From Candidatus Moraniibacteriota bacterium (GTDB lineage: Bacteria > Patescibacteriota > Minisyncoccia > Moranbacterales > UBA2206), in NCBI GenBank assembly GCA_963775955.1, contig CAVZKT010000002.1, positions 292,944 to 356,943 of the forward strand: a DNA stretch of 64,000 nt, read 5' to 3'. A program made the position numbers and the translations under genes. Below, piece after piece: positions 46,900 to 56,930 of the stretch (position 1 is its first letter; each line of letters opens with the position of its first letter). The notes beneath the pieces were generated by a model. That model was not told where the DNA came from. It saw only the letters and a list, made by a program, of their open reading frames with translations, and made no database searches.

Positions 46900-47343
46900 T
46901 TATTTTTCTTTTTCAATGGCCAGCATAAGAGATGTTTCTACGCCTTGATCCAGCCTGATTTTAATCTCATACTCCCCTGTTTCCTTGAGCGGGCTTTCCA
47001 AAATTATGGATTTTTCCGGAATTTCAATGTTTTCTTTTTTGAGTTCCCGCGCGATATTTTTAGCGGTAATCGAGCCGAACAACTTACCCTTTTTCTCTTT
47101 GGCCTTGATCACAATTTTTTTGCTGGCGATAATTTTGGCCAGCTCTTTTATTTTTTCCTGGTTAATTTTTTCCGCTTCAAGCTGTTTGGATTTTACGGCG
47201 AGAGCAAGCTTCACTGCCGATTCAGTCGCCGGCGTGGCTAGTTTTTTTGGCAAAAGAAAATTCCGCGCGTAACCATCAGAGACTTCCTTGATGTCCCCTT
47301 TTACGCCGATATTTTTAATGTCTTGGATGAGGACGACTTGCAT
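46900..47343 (-). CDS. rplI: 50S ribosomal protein L9
   Basis: MQVVLIQDIKNIGVKGDIKEVSDGYARNFLLP. Confidence 0.9.
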   Translation of the reverse strand: MQVVLIQDIKNIGVKGDIKEVSDGYARNFLLPKKLATPATESAVKLALAVKSKQLEAEKINQEKIKELAKIIASKKIVIKAKEKKGKLFGSITAKNIARELKKENIEIPEKSIILESPLKETGEYEIKIRLDQGVETSLMLAIEKEK

Positions 47344-47386
47344 GGTTTTAATTATAATAGAAAAATATTATATGGCAAATTATTTT

Positions 47387-48670
47387 TTACCCTTGATTTT
47401 TAGAAGAAATTTCCTGTTGGATAACTTCCAGCGCTTTGTCCAGCTGCGGGTCGCGGTTGTTGTCAAAATCTTCCTGGGTTAAATCCACTTCAATATTGGG
47501 AGTTATGCCCTCATCCATTATGTAGTCGCCATTAGGCGTCATCCATTTGTCCACAGTGATTTTTACGCTGGAATTTCCCGGCAAATCAATAAGTTCCTGG
47601 ACAGAGCCTTTGCCGAATGATTTCTTGCCGATGAGCTGGACGGCGCGGTTGTCCCGCAGGGCTCCGGCCAAAATTTCCGAGGCGCTGGCGCTTCCCTCAT
47701 TAATCAGGACTACCACCGGCAAAGAGCTAAGCCTGTCCCCGCCCGATGTATATAAGTTGTCTTTTTTGCCGGTGTTGTCTTCCTCGCTGACAACCAGCTC
47801 GCCCTTGGGGATCATCCGACTGGCTACGCTTACGGCCTTATCCAAAAATCCGCCCGGATTGTTGCGCAAATCTAAAACAATTCCTTTGGCGCTTTGGGAA
47901 ATTATTTGATTTGCAGCTGCGTCAAACTCCTTGGCAGTATCGTCGCCGAATTTGGTTATTTTCAGATAGGCGATGCCATCAGGCTTGAATTCCAGCTCCA
48001 CGCTTTTTATGGAAATAGTGTCACGGACAATGGAAATTTCCCTGACTCCATCCTCGCCCAGGCGCAAAACTGTCAATTTAACCTCTGTTCCTTTTTTTCC
48101 GCGGATCAGATCCACTGCTTCATCAATGGTGGTGTCAGCGGTTGTTTTGTCGCCGACTTTGAGGATTTTATCGCCGGCCCGCAAACCCGCTTTGGCGGCC
48201 GGAGAATCGGCCAGCGGAGCAATTACGGTCAAGATATTATCTTTGATTCCCAGTTCGGCGCCAATTCCTTCAAAGCTGCCTTCCAAATCTTGGGAAAAAG
48301 ATTTTGTTTCCGCCGGATCAAAAAAAGTTGAATACGGGTCATTGGTGGCGCGCAGCATTCCTCTGATGGCGCCATAAACCAATTTTTGGGCGTCCAGGGA
48401 ATTTTTATCCACATATTTTTCTTTTAGCAGATCCCAAACTTTCCAGAAAAGCGAAAAATCAACCGAATTTTGCGGAGAATTTTTATTGGTAATTTGCGTT
48501 TGAGCGAGCGGGAAGGACCGATTATCAGCGGGGGAATTTTTTCCTCTGGAATAACCCAGCCAAAAACTCCCGACTAAGAGAAAAACAAAAAAGAAAATAA
48601 ACAAATACTTATGCAGTAATTTGCGATTATTATCCAAAGACCGTGTCTGTTTTAGAGTTTCTTCGTCCAC
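47387..48670 (-). CDS. ctpA: S41 C-terminal processing peptidase (PDZ-containing)
   Basis: PDZ (AGLRAGDKILKVG) plus S41 core (GSASASEI..GKKSFGKGSVQ); start taken as GTG 48670-48668, regenerated by the element insertion (the track TTG start at 48688 lies inside the element). Confidence 0.85.
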   Translation of the reverse strand: MDEETLKQTRSLDNNRKLLHKYLFIFFFVFLLVGSFWLGYSRGKNSPADNRSFPLAQTQITNKNSPQNSVDFSLFWKVWDLLKEKYVDKNSLDAQKLVYGAIRGMLRATNDPYSTFFDPAETKSFSQDLEGSFEGIGAELGIKDNILTVIAPLADSPAAKAGLRAGDKILKVGDKTTADTTIDEAVDLIRGKKGTEVKLTVLRLGEDGVREISIVRDTISIKSVELEFKPDGIAYLKITKFGDDTAKEFDAAANQIISQSAKGIVLDLRNNPGGFLDKAVSVASRMIPKGELVVSEEDNTGKKDNLYTSGGDRLSSLPVVVLINEGSASASEILAGALRDNRAVQLIGKKSFGKGSVQELIDLPGNSSVKITVDKWMTPNGDYIMDEGITPNIEVDLTQEDFDNNRDPQLDKALEVIQQEISSKNQG

Positions 48671-48769
48671 CCCGTTAGAGTTTTCCAAAATTACAGGAAA
48701 TAATATTGGAATTGTAAAAAAATAATTAAGCGTAATCCCGTTTCAAATTTAATAAAAACTCTAACGGGG
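48670..48769 (-). mobile_element. 100-bp palindromic MITE-like element (CCCCGTTAGAGTTTT ... AAAACTCTAACGGGG) splitting the ctpA start codon
   Basis: 15-bp perfect TIR; 4-bp direct repeat (minus strand TGGA; plus strand TCCA at 48666-48669 and 48770-48773); old ATG at 48774-48772 directly follows the upstream TAG. Confidence 0.75.
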
Positions 48770-48774
48770 TCCAT

Positions 48775-49589
48775 CTAATTATGCGCGGGCAAATCTTTTC
48801 CCGCGTATTTTAGAAAATATTTAATCGCGCTTTGAATATGCAGGCGGGTTAATCTGTTAAAAAGTATCAGATTCAACATCCCCTTGCCGGCCGATCCCCG
48901 GCGATGGTAATGATACATTTTAGCTTCCGGATAATAAATTACTTTATATCCGTTTTCCCAAAATCTTCGGCACCAGTCCGTGTCTTCCATATACATTTGA
49001 AATCGTTGGTCAACCAGGCCGACTTTTTCAATGGCTGATTTTTTAATCATCATGGCTGAACCCATCAGCCAGTCAACCTCGCGGACTTTCCTGATGGTCA
49101 AAATCTTTCATTAAAAACCGGTCCAGATGTTCTTTGGCGAAAGGGCAATTTTCCCAGAATCGTCCGGCGGTACAAAATAGTAAACGGGAGAAAGAAAGCG
49201 AAAGCAGGACGGCTGGAATGTTTCATTGAAATTCAGAAGTTGCGGACCGATAATTCCCGCTTCCGGATGATTTTGGCTGTAATTCAAAAGACTTCCAATC
49301 GAATCTTTTTTGACAATAATATCGTCATTTAAAATTAAAATATATTCTCCCTGGCTCTTTTCAATTCCGGCATTAACCTCGCCTCCGAAGTGTAAATTTT
49401 TAGCGGAAGGCAGAAATATAATTTCCGGATAATCCTCTTCCATCATTAAGCGCTACTTTTTCTTCAGTTTCACTGTCAGCCACGATTATTTCATAATCCG
49501 AAAGACGTGATATTTTTTTTGATCGAATCAATGCAAACTCTGAGAAGCTCCGGATTCTTATAGCTGGTGATTATGATCGAAAGCTCCAT
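48775..49589 (-). pseudogene. GT2 glycosyltransferase with multiple indels
   Basis: MELSIIITSYKNPELL.. / DYEIIVADSETEEK / ..ILNDDIIV.. / ..FLMKDFDHQ / KVREVDWLMGSAMMI..EDTDWCRR spread over several frames; one shift lies in an 8-nt homopolymer (about 49515-49522, read 5'->3' on +: tttttttt). Confidence 0.75.
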
Positions 49590-50790
49590 TTATTTGGGTT
49601 GAATGTCCGATTGTTTGGGAAGAGTAAAAATATTTTTGGCCATCTCGCGGATTTTATCGTAATTGTCGCCGATTGGAAGCAGAATGTATCCGGTTTCCTT
49701 GGTTTGCGGCGGGTTATAAAGCAATCCTTCCTCGGAATTTTCCAAAACTCGCTGAAAAGTCTGCGGGTTTTGCATGCCGGTATAAAGCTCATAAAATCTT
49801 TTCATTTCCCATGGCTGCAGGTCGCTTCGGACATTGTCGCCCAGGCTGTTAAGAATGCCGTTTAATTTTCCAAAATCCGTCAGGGTTCCGGCGCTCAGTA
49901 ATTTTTCTTTAACCAGCTGGATAATTTGCTGCTGCCTCTTGGCGCGTTCAAAGTCATTGGAAGTTGCCCGCGAACGCGCGTAGCAAAGCGCCTGCTCGCC
50001 GGTAAGCGTTTGTTTTCCGGCCGGCAATTTAAAATCACCTCCGCATTCATTGTTGGGATTAGTGCAGAGCGGATAATTGGGCGGTAATTTTCCCCCGCTT
50101 GTTTTTTTTAATTTCAAATGTTCCGGTCGGCACCGTAAAAACATTTGGATCGCAAACATGCGGTTCATTGAATTGCATTGCTTCTTCAAAGGGCTGGTCT
50201 AAAGTTATTTCAATTCCGCCAATGGCGTCGATGAGTTGCTTAAAGCCCTCAAAGTTTATGCTTATGCCATATTCAATGGGAATTCCAGTGACATCGCTCA
50301 AAACTTTTTCCATTTCCGCAAATCCTTGTTTTTTGCCGTTTTCTTCGCCAGCCGCATAGACCGCGTTGATTTTTGTTTTATTTCCCCAGACCGGATTATC
50401 AATATACAAATCGCGCGGAACCGAAATCATGGAAATTTTATTTTCTTTGGGAACGATGCTTAAAATCATAATAGTATCAGCCAGTGTTCCGCCACCCGGG
50501 ATATTTTCTCCGCGCATGCCTAAAAGCACCAGATTTATCCGGCCGTCTTTTTCCCCTTTCAGCTCGTCGTTTACTCCCGGGAGAGAATGAATCAAGCTAT
50601 TAAATAGTCCGCCGCCGGAAATTTTATTAAGAATTCCGCCAGTTTTCCAGGCGAAAACTCCGCCGACAATTAGAATGATGCTGGCAATCACCGCAAAAAG
50701 TCGAAACCATTTTCGCTTAAAAAGTTTAACTTTCTTTTTTTCCGGTTTTTTTTGGTTACCGGAACAATCCTCACGTTCTAAGTAGGCCAT
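49590..50790 (-). pseudogene. LytR-CpsA-Psr (LCP) family protein with one +1 frameshift
   Basis: ORF 50059..50790 (INLVLLGMRG..TLADTIMILS..SVPRDL) continues in ORF 49590..50189. Confidence 0.75.
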
Positions 50791-50849
50791 GTTGTTGCTA
50801 TTATTTATTTTTTAATTAAAACGCGTTTTATTTAAAAACACATAGTTAC

Positions 50850-50878
50850 ATTTTACTTTTATTTGACAATGATGTCAA
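50850..50878 (-). promoter_or_regulatory. consensus-like promoter for the LCP gene
   Basis: Minus strand TTGACA (50878-50873), 17-nt spacer, TAAAAT (50855-50850); the -35 is part of the palindrome TTGACAtcatTGTCAA and abuts the element's duplicated TTGA. Confidence 0.6.
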
Positions 50879-50989
50879 CCCCGTTAGAAGTTTTGGAAAG
50901 TTCTTTTTAATATCTAAAATATAAAGGTGAAGCCGCTTCGCTTAAATGCTTTTCTTAGGCATTATCTTTAAAATGAACTTCTAACGGGG
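50879..50989 (-). mobile_element. 111-bp palindromic MITE-like element (CCCCGTTAGAAGTT ... AACTTCTAACGGGG)
   Basis: 14-bp perfect TIR; 4-bp direct repeat (minus strand TTGA; plus strand TCAA at 50875-50878 and 50990-50993); one copy supplies the TGA stop of the GT4 gene, the other the -35 TTGACA. Confidence 0.7.
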
Positions 50990-52141
50990 TCAACTAAGAG
51001 AGTTAAAAATACAAATCACACCCCAGGCCGCTTTTTCCCAGGAAAATTTTTGCGCTTGCGATTGTCCCTTTTGTGCCAAAATCCCGCCTAAATTAGGATT
51101 GTCAAATATTTTCTGGATTTTACCGGCCAGATTCTCGGGGCTTTTTGGCTCGAAAAAAAGCGCGCTTTCACCGGCTATTTCCCGGTGCGGAGGAATATCC
51201 GAAGCAATAACCGGCGTGCCGGCCGCCATGGCTTCCAGAATCGGAATGCCGAAGCCTTCATAGAGCGAGGGAAAACAAAAAACACGCGCCCCCTTCATAA
51301 CGGCGGCCTTGTCATTCTCATCGATGAACCCCGGAAAAAAAACATTATTTTTCAAATTAAGTTTGGAAACAGTTTCGTCAATGCGCGGGTCAAAATTATG
51401 TCCCCGGCCGCCGGCAATGACAAGTTTCGCGTCAATTTTATGTTTTATTTTTGCGTAAGCTTCAATAAGGATTGGAATATTTTTTCTGGGCTGGAGCGTG
51501 CCGACGTATAAAATATATTCGTCCGGCAAAGCATATTTCTTTTTTACCGAGAGAATTTTTTCCGGCGAAACATCCTGGCGCAGAAAATCTTCTGAAACAG
51601 CGTTGTGGATCCAGGCGACTTTATCTCGGCTTGCCGGATAATATTTTTTTAATTCCTCAGCGGTAAACCGGGAAACCCCAATAATTTTATCCGCTCTTTT
51701 GAGAGACATCGGAATTAAAATTTTCAGGAAAAACAAGTCAGAAAACTTAATAAACTGCGAATAGACTTTAAAAGAAATATCGTGGATAATCGTTGCTATT
51801 TTTATGCTTTTTGGCACAAAAAACGGCGTGATATATTGAGTGAGGTATATATCCGCCGGATTTTTTCTTAAATATCGTGGCAACGTCCAAATATTCCATC
51901 CGAATTTGTTCCGCAGCAGCCTGGCCGCCGCAAGCGGAATAATTTCAAAATTGATTTTATTTTCAATTTTTAATTTTACTGCAATACTCTGTAGTATTGC
52001 AGTATCTGCTGTGTCGGTGAATAATAAATATTTATTTCGACTGTCGATTTTGGCGAGATTTTTAACCAAATTAAAAAACACCGCCTCATCACCGGTTCTC
52101 TTTTTTCCGATTAATCGAATGTCAATGCCGATTTTTACCAC
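50990..52141 (-). CDS. GT4-family glycosyltransferase
   Basis: C-terminal EGFGIPILEAMAAGTPVIAS motif; 383 aa. Confidence 0.8.
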   Translation of the reverse strand: MVKIGIDIRLIGKKRTGDEAVFFNLVKNLAKIDSRNKYLLFTDTADTAILQSIAVKLKIENKINFEIIPLAAARLLRNKFGWNIWTLPRYLRKNPADIYLTQYITPFFVPKSIKIATIIHDISFKVYSQFIKFSDLFFLKILIPMSLKRADKIIGVSRFTAEELKKYYPASRDKVAWIHNAVSEDFLRQDVSPEKILSVKKKYALPDEYILYVGTLQPRKNIPILIEAYAKIKHKIDAKLVIAGGRGHNFDPRIDETVSKLNLKNNVFFPGFIDENDKAAVMKGARVFCFPSLYEGFGIPILEAMAAGTPVIASDIPPHREIAGESALFFEPKSPENLAGKIQKIFDNPNLGGILAQKGQSQAQKFSWEKAAWGVICIFNSLS

Positions 52142-52142
52142 A

Positions 52143-53725
52143 TTATTCTTCTTTGTAATTTAACAATGATATGGATATTCCTGAAAAAACCCAGAATAGT
52201 CCAAGAAAAACTCCAGCGTTAAACAAATTTGGAACAATTAGCGCAATCCAGGCAAGAAACAGAAACAATGAGTAAGCCGCAAAATCCTGCTGTTTCCTGC
52301 AAAAAGCCTTAACAGACGCTACTAATATATACGACCAAAAGAGCAAAAAGGATGCTAGGCCTAAAAACCCGCTGCCCAGCCAGATTTCCAGGAAAATATT
52401 GCTGGAATTTAAATTTGTTCCCCGCTCGTCTTTTCCTAAAATGTTTCCGATACTTCCCCACCCGATTCCCAAAACGGGATGATTTTTAATTTCCTGCCAT
52501 GATTTTTGGTATATTTCGCTGCGGATGCTTACATTAGGATCTTGCCGAAAAATTTCTTTTATATAATATCCGCGGACTTGCTCAAGCTTGATTTCCTCGA
52601 GATTAATATGCCGGCAGCCGTAGCGGATTAATTCCTCGCTATAAGCAACTTTTTCGGGCAGAGCAATGTTCTCTTTGCAAGAGACAGTAATTTTTTGCAA
52701 GCCCGTCCCCGTGCTCTGCGCGCGGTTAAACAATTGAAAACTAGTGAGATTGAAAAAATAAACAATCGCGACAGCGATTATAAGAGAGGAAATAACCTCT
52801 AATTTTCTGCGAATTGCAAATTTCCATTGCCAATTTTTAGAACTGATTTTTAAATTTGTCCAAATAATAAATAAATAAGCAAAAGTTACGACAAGCGCGC
52901 CCAGCCAGGCGGAACGGGAAACTGTTAAAATAAGTATTGTGTATGATGAAGTTAGTATAATGTATAAGAATATTTTAAAAATTTGAACATCTTTTAAAAG
53001 GGTGTTGCTTTTCGAAAAATAATAAATCATAGAATATAAAATAGCTATCAGAAAAATGACGAATATTCCCAACCAGACTGGCTCGGTGAAAGTTGCGTTG
53101 GGACGCCCCGGCATAACTTCAAAGCTGCTGAAACTTTGTGCAAATCTTACATTCTGCCAAATACCGTATAAAACCACGATTACCGAAGAGCTAAGAAAAA
53201 ATGGAATAATTTTTTTGAAATCCTCTGCATTTTGGACGAAAATTCTTGCAAAAAATAAATCACCACAAAAGAAGCGGCAACAATTGATTGTTTGAAAGAA
53301 CTTAAAGATCTGTTTGCTGAAAACAAAGCGCTTGTGAACCCGGAAACCGCAAAAATTACCGGGACCAGTCAATCCATTTCCATTTTGGCAATTCAAAGTT
53401 TAATCTCTTTATCAATAATCTTGCTAAAATTGCGATAATAATCAGCGCCGCGAGAAACTGATACGGCCGGGCATTAAATCCGATTTCCACCGGCGCGATG
53501 CTGATGTTTTCCAAGCGCTATCGTTCCGGCGAAAAACAAAAACGTCCAGCCGGGCCGGTATAGCGCAAGGGCTAAAAACAAGCCTGTTAAAAAAATAAAA
53601 TCACCCATGCTTCCAAGCGGCAAAACCTTGAGGTTAGAAAGCAAAATCAAAAAGAAAACCAAAAAAATATTGGCGAGCAATAAATACCCGCGGGCATTAT
53701 TGATTTTTTCCAAGAGGTATTTCAT
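52143..53725 (-). pseudogene. O-antigen ligase/polymerase-like polytopic membrane protein with two +1 frameshifts
   Basis: ORF 53474..53725, an intermediate frame (ENISIAPVEIGFNARPYQFLAALIII..), then ORF 52143..53396. Confidence 0.5.
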
Positions 53726-54877
53726 TGGCGATATTTAAAACTTTTTTTACAAACTTGTTCCAGGAAAAAATTTGAGATCGATCTTTGGCGCGGCGGGAAA
53801 GAGTCGCGCGCAGATCTTTATTTAATAAAACATTTTTTATGACCATAGCAATGTCTTTGGTGTCCTGGGGATCGCAATACAACACAGAGTCGCCGCCCAC
53901 TTCCGGAAGAGAGGTTGTTTTAGCGGTTACAACCGGCACGCCTTGATTCATAGCTTCCAGAACCGGCATGCCGAAACCTTCATAAAACGACGGATAAGCA
54001 AACATCAGAGAATTTCTGAAGATTGCCGGCATATCTTTTCCCGGCACATGGTCCAAAAGCCGCACATAGCGCGTAAGGTTCAGTTCCTTTACCAGTTTTT
54101 CCGCGTCGGTAATAAGCGGAGCCAGGCGCGGAATCAGCTTGCCATAAACCACCAGCTTGGGAAAGCTGTTTGTAAATTTTCTTTTTTTATTTTCATCCAG
54201 AAGAATTTTGTAAGCGCGGATGACGCCCTCTACATTTTTTCTGACTTCCAGTCCCCCGCCAGCCAAAATATAACCCGGTTTCAATCTATAGCTCTTGAGA
54301 ATTTTCTGGCTTTGGCTAAATGGGACCGCTTGTTTGTAATTTTCACCGGCGTCAATATAGTTTACTGTTATTTTTTTTGGGCTGATGCCCAGGTGTTTAA
54401 TGAGGTCTTTTTCCGAGTGATGGGAAACTGCCAGAAGCTTATCGGAATTTTTAATAGCTTCTTCGATCAGGTTCCAATGATATTTTTTACGGGCATTGCC
54501 CAGATAATCCGGAAAAAGCTTGGGGACAATGTCATGCACAACCATGATATGTTTTATGTCTTTTGGTAAAACAGTGGCGGATTGGTAAAGACTCAAAAAA
54601 ACATCGCATTTATCTTTTTGAACTTTGTTTGGCAAAAGCCTTTTTTCCCACCAGATTTTTCGCACCAAATCATCGCGCTTCCAAATCGGCAAAAAAACCC
54701 GCGTATGAAAACCTCGGGGCAATTTAAAATCTTTCGGCAGATCTTCTTCTAAATACAAAAAAAACTCATGGCCTTTGGATATTTTGCCTGGCCAAGTTCT
54801 TTCAAAAAATTAACCGTCACCTGACCGATGCCGGTATCCGGTTTGCGGGCAAACGAAGCGTTGATTCCAATTCTCAT
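53697..54877 (-). pseudogene. GT4-family glycosyltransferase with an N-terminal frameshift
   Basis: MRIGINASFARKPDTGIGQVTVNFLKEL.. (ATG at 54877) is out of frame with ORF 53697..54758 (..EGFGMPVLEAMNQGVPVV..). Confidence 0.75.
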
Positions 54878-54953
54878 ATGTTTAAGTATACCCTAAAAAA
54901 GACAAATAAAAAAGCTTTGAAAAATCTCAGCTTTTTTAAAACAGCTTTATATT

Positions 54954-55085
54954 TTATATCTGGAAAACCTGGAAAAGTGTCAATGCCAGAACGGCAGTGT
55001 AGTAACCGGCCACGGCGACAAGAGTTATGACGGAGATCATAATTCCCATGTGGAAATAGACTTCTCCCTTGTTTAATTCTTCCAT
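54954..55085 (-). CDS. 43-aa small membrane protein (hypothetical)
   Basis: Not in the ORF track; MEELNKGEVYFHMGIMISVITLVAVAGYYTAVLALTLFQVFQI*; preceded by a GTTAAAT-class hairpin. Confidence 0.4.
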   Translation of the reverse strand: MEELNKGEVYFHMGIMISVITLVAVAGYYTAVLALTLFQVFQI

Positions 55086-55092
55086 AAATTTT

Positions 55093-55150
55093 TACCCTAT
55101 TAAATTCCTGTGAAGCAGGACCGCTTTTTGCGGATTTATTTAATAGGGTA
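55093..55150 (-). repeat. GTTAAAT-class hairpin element (TACCCTATTAAAT ... ATTTAATAGGGTA)
   Basis: 13-bp perfect inverted repeat; inner hairpins TCCTGtgaagCAGGA and CCGCtttttGCGG; ends 7 nt upstream (minus sense) of the ATG at 55085. Confidence 0.7.
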
Positions 55151-55269
55151 GTTTAATTTTTAACCAAAAAGTTTAGCGGATTCGGCTTTTTTTGTCAAGT
55201 CCCGGAGGTTGCTAAATATAGCCTTTTCTGCTATACTCCAGAAAGCGGACAATTTTTAAACCACAAAAA

Positions 55270-56550
55270 ATGGCTAAAAATAAGCAAAAAGTTTGTGTTA
55301 TCGGGCTGGGCTATGTGGGTCTGCCTTTGGCGATTCGGGCGGCCGAACGAGGTTTTGACGTGTATGGCCTGGATACCGACCGGAAAAAGGTAAAAATAAT
55401 AAACAGCGGGAAGAGCCCTTTTGCGGATGAATATGTCAGCGAAAGAATTACTAAGTTCAAATTAAAGGCTACGGCGGATAAAAAAATCATAAAAAAAGCT
55501 GACATTATTTTAATTTGCGTTCCCACGCCGGTGGATGAAAAATTTTATCCAATTTTGAATTTAGTGATCAGCGCTTCAAAAGCCGCAGCCCAAAATCTGA
55601 AAAAAGGCGCGCTGGTTGTTTTGGAATCAACAGTGAATCCCGGGGTGAGCGAAGAAATTGTCAGGCCGATTTTTGAAAAGGAAGGACTGAAAGTCGGCCG
55701 GGATGTTTTTATCGCCCACTGTCCGGAAAGAATAAATCCCGGCAGACTCCAGGTGGAATGTGACGAATATTCCCAGAGTGATCGGATCATTTGATAAAAA
55801 GGGACTTTCTAAGGCTAAAAAGTTTTATGAAAAAATCATTGATGCCCAAATTATGCCTATGGATTCCATTCGCGAAGCGGAGGCTGTTAAAATTATGGAA
55901 AATTCCTTCCGCGACATAAATATCGCCTTTGTGAACGAGTTGGCGAAATCTTTTGATAAAATGGATATTGATATCACTAATGTTATCCGGGGCGCTTCAA
56001 CCAAGCCCTATGCTTTTATGGCGCACTGGCCAAGCCGCGGCGTTGGCGGACATTGCATTCCAGTTGATCCGTATTATCTGATTGAAAAAGCCAAGGAAAA
56101 TGACTTTGACCACAAATTTTTGCGCACGGCGCGCAATATCAATAACAGCATGCCTCAATACACAGTCGATCTTTTGCAGGCCAAAATGAATGAAATAAGA
56201 AAGTCCCTGAAGGGCGCGAATATCGGAATACTGGGCCTTTCCTATAAGGCCGATGTGGGAGATTTGCGCGAAAGTCCGGCTTTTAAAATAATTGAAAAAT
56301 TAAAAGAACGAGGGGCGCTTCTCATATTTTTGATCCTTATATTCCGGAAATGTCCACCGTAAAAAATATTCAGGAACTATTGAAAAAATCAGAAGCCATC
56401 GTTTTAGTGACAAATCACAAAGAATTTGAACAGATTTCTCCCGAAGAATTTAAGCGCAGGGGCATCAAGGTTATTATTGACGGAATGAACGCGCTGGACA
56501 AGGAAGCGATTAAAAAATGTGGTATAATTTATAAAGGGATTGGGCGATGA
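55270..56550 (+). pseudogene. UDP-glucose/GDP-mannose 6-dehydrogenase-family protein with two frameshifts
   Basis: VCVIGLGYVGLPLA; ..NIPRVIGS..; GGHCIPVDP; ..IFDPYIPE..; ORFs 55270..55794, 55760..56362 and 56350..56550 (+1 then -1). Confidence 0.8.
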
Positions 56551-56654
56551 TTTTAAATTGTTAAATTGTTGCATTGTTAAATTATTATTAGCTCAAAAAA
56601 TCTGAGATAATAAAAAAAACAATTTAGCCTTATAGCAATTTAGCCACTAAAAAA

Positions 56655-56885
56655 ATGTTTAGTATTATTAAATCTATCATTTGGATCGCGGGTATTTTGG
56701 TGGTTGCCTGGTTCGTGCTGGGCTATTTCGGTTATGAAATAAACAAAAATTATTTTGACAGCAGCAAAGCCAAGTGCCAGGAAAGGATTAAGGATTGCAC
56801 GGACAATTTAATCCATCAAGGCATTGATAATGCCAAGTGCGATATCAACTGCGCCAGCACTGGCATAATCATTAAGAAAAAATAG
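56655..56885 (+). CDS. small membrane-anchored Cys-containing protein (hypothetical)
   Basis: 76-aa ORF; N-terminal TM; 4 Cys in the C-terminal part. Confidence 0.5.
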   Translation: MFSIIKSIIWIAGILVVAWFVLGYFGYEINKNYFDSSKAKCQERIKDCTDNLIHQGIDNAKCDINCASTGIIIKKK

Positions 56886-56930
56886 CATGCGAATAGCGCA
56901 CTACAAATGCGCTCATGCGAATAAAGCATT

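Noticed and set aside
49085-49160. Tandem in-frame TAA-TGA inside the GT2 gene as a recoding signal
   Set aside because: A third frame reads FWENCPFAKEHLDRFLMKDFDHQ across the two stops and joins KVREVDW after removal of one g in 'cagg'. Two nearby compensating indels (-1 then +1) explain the apparent in-frame stops.
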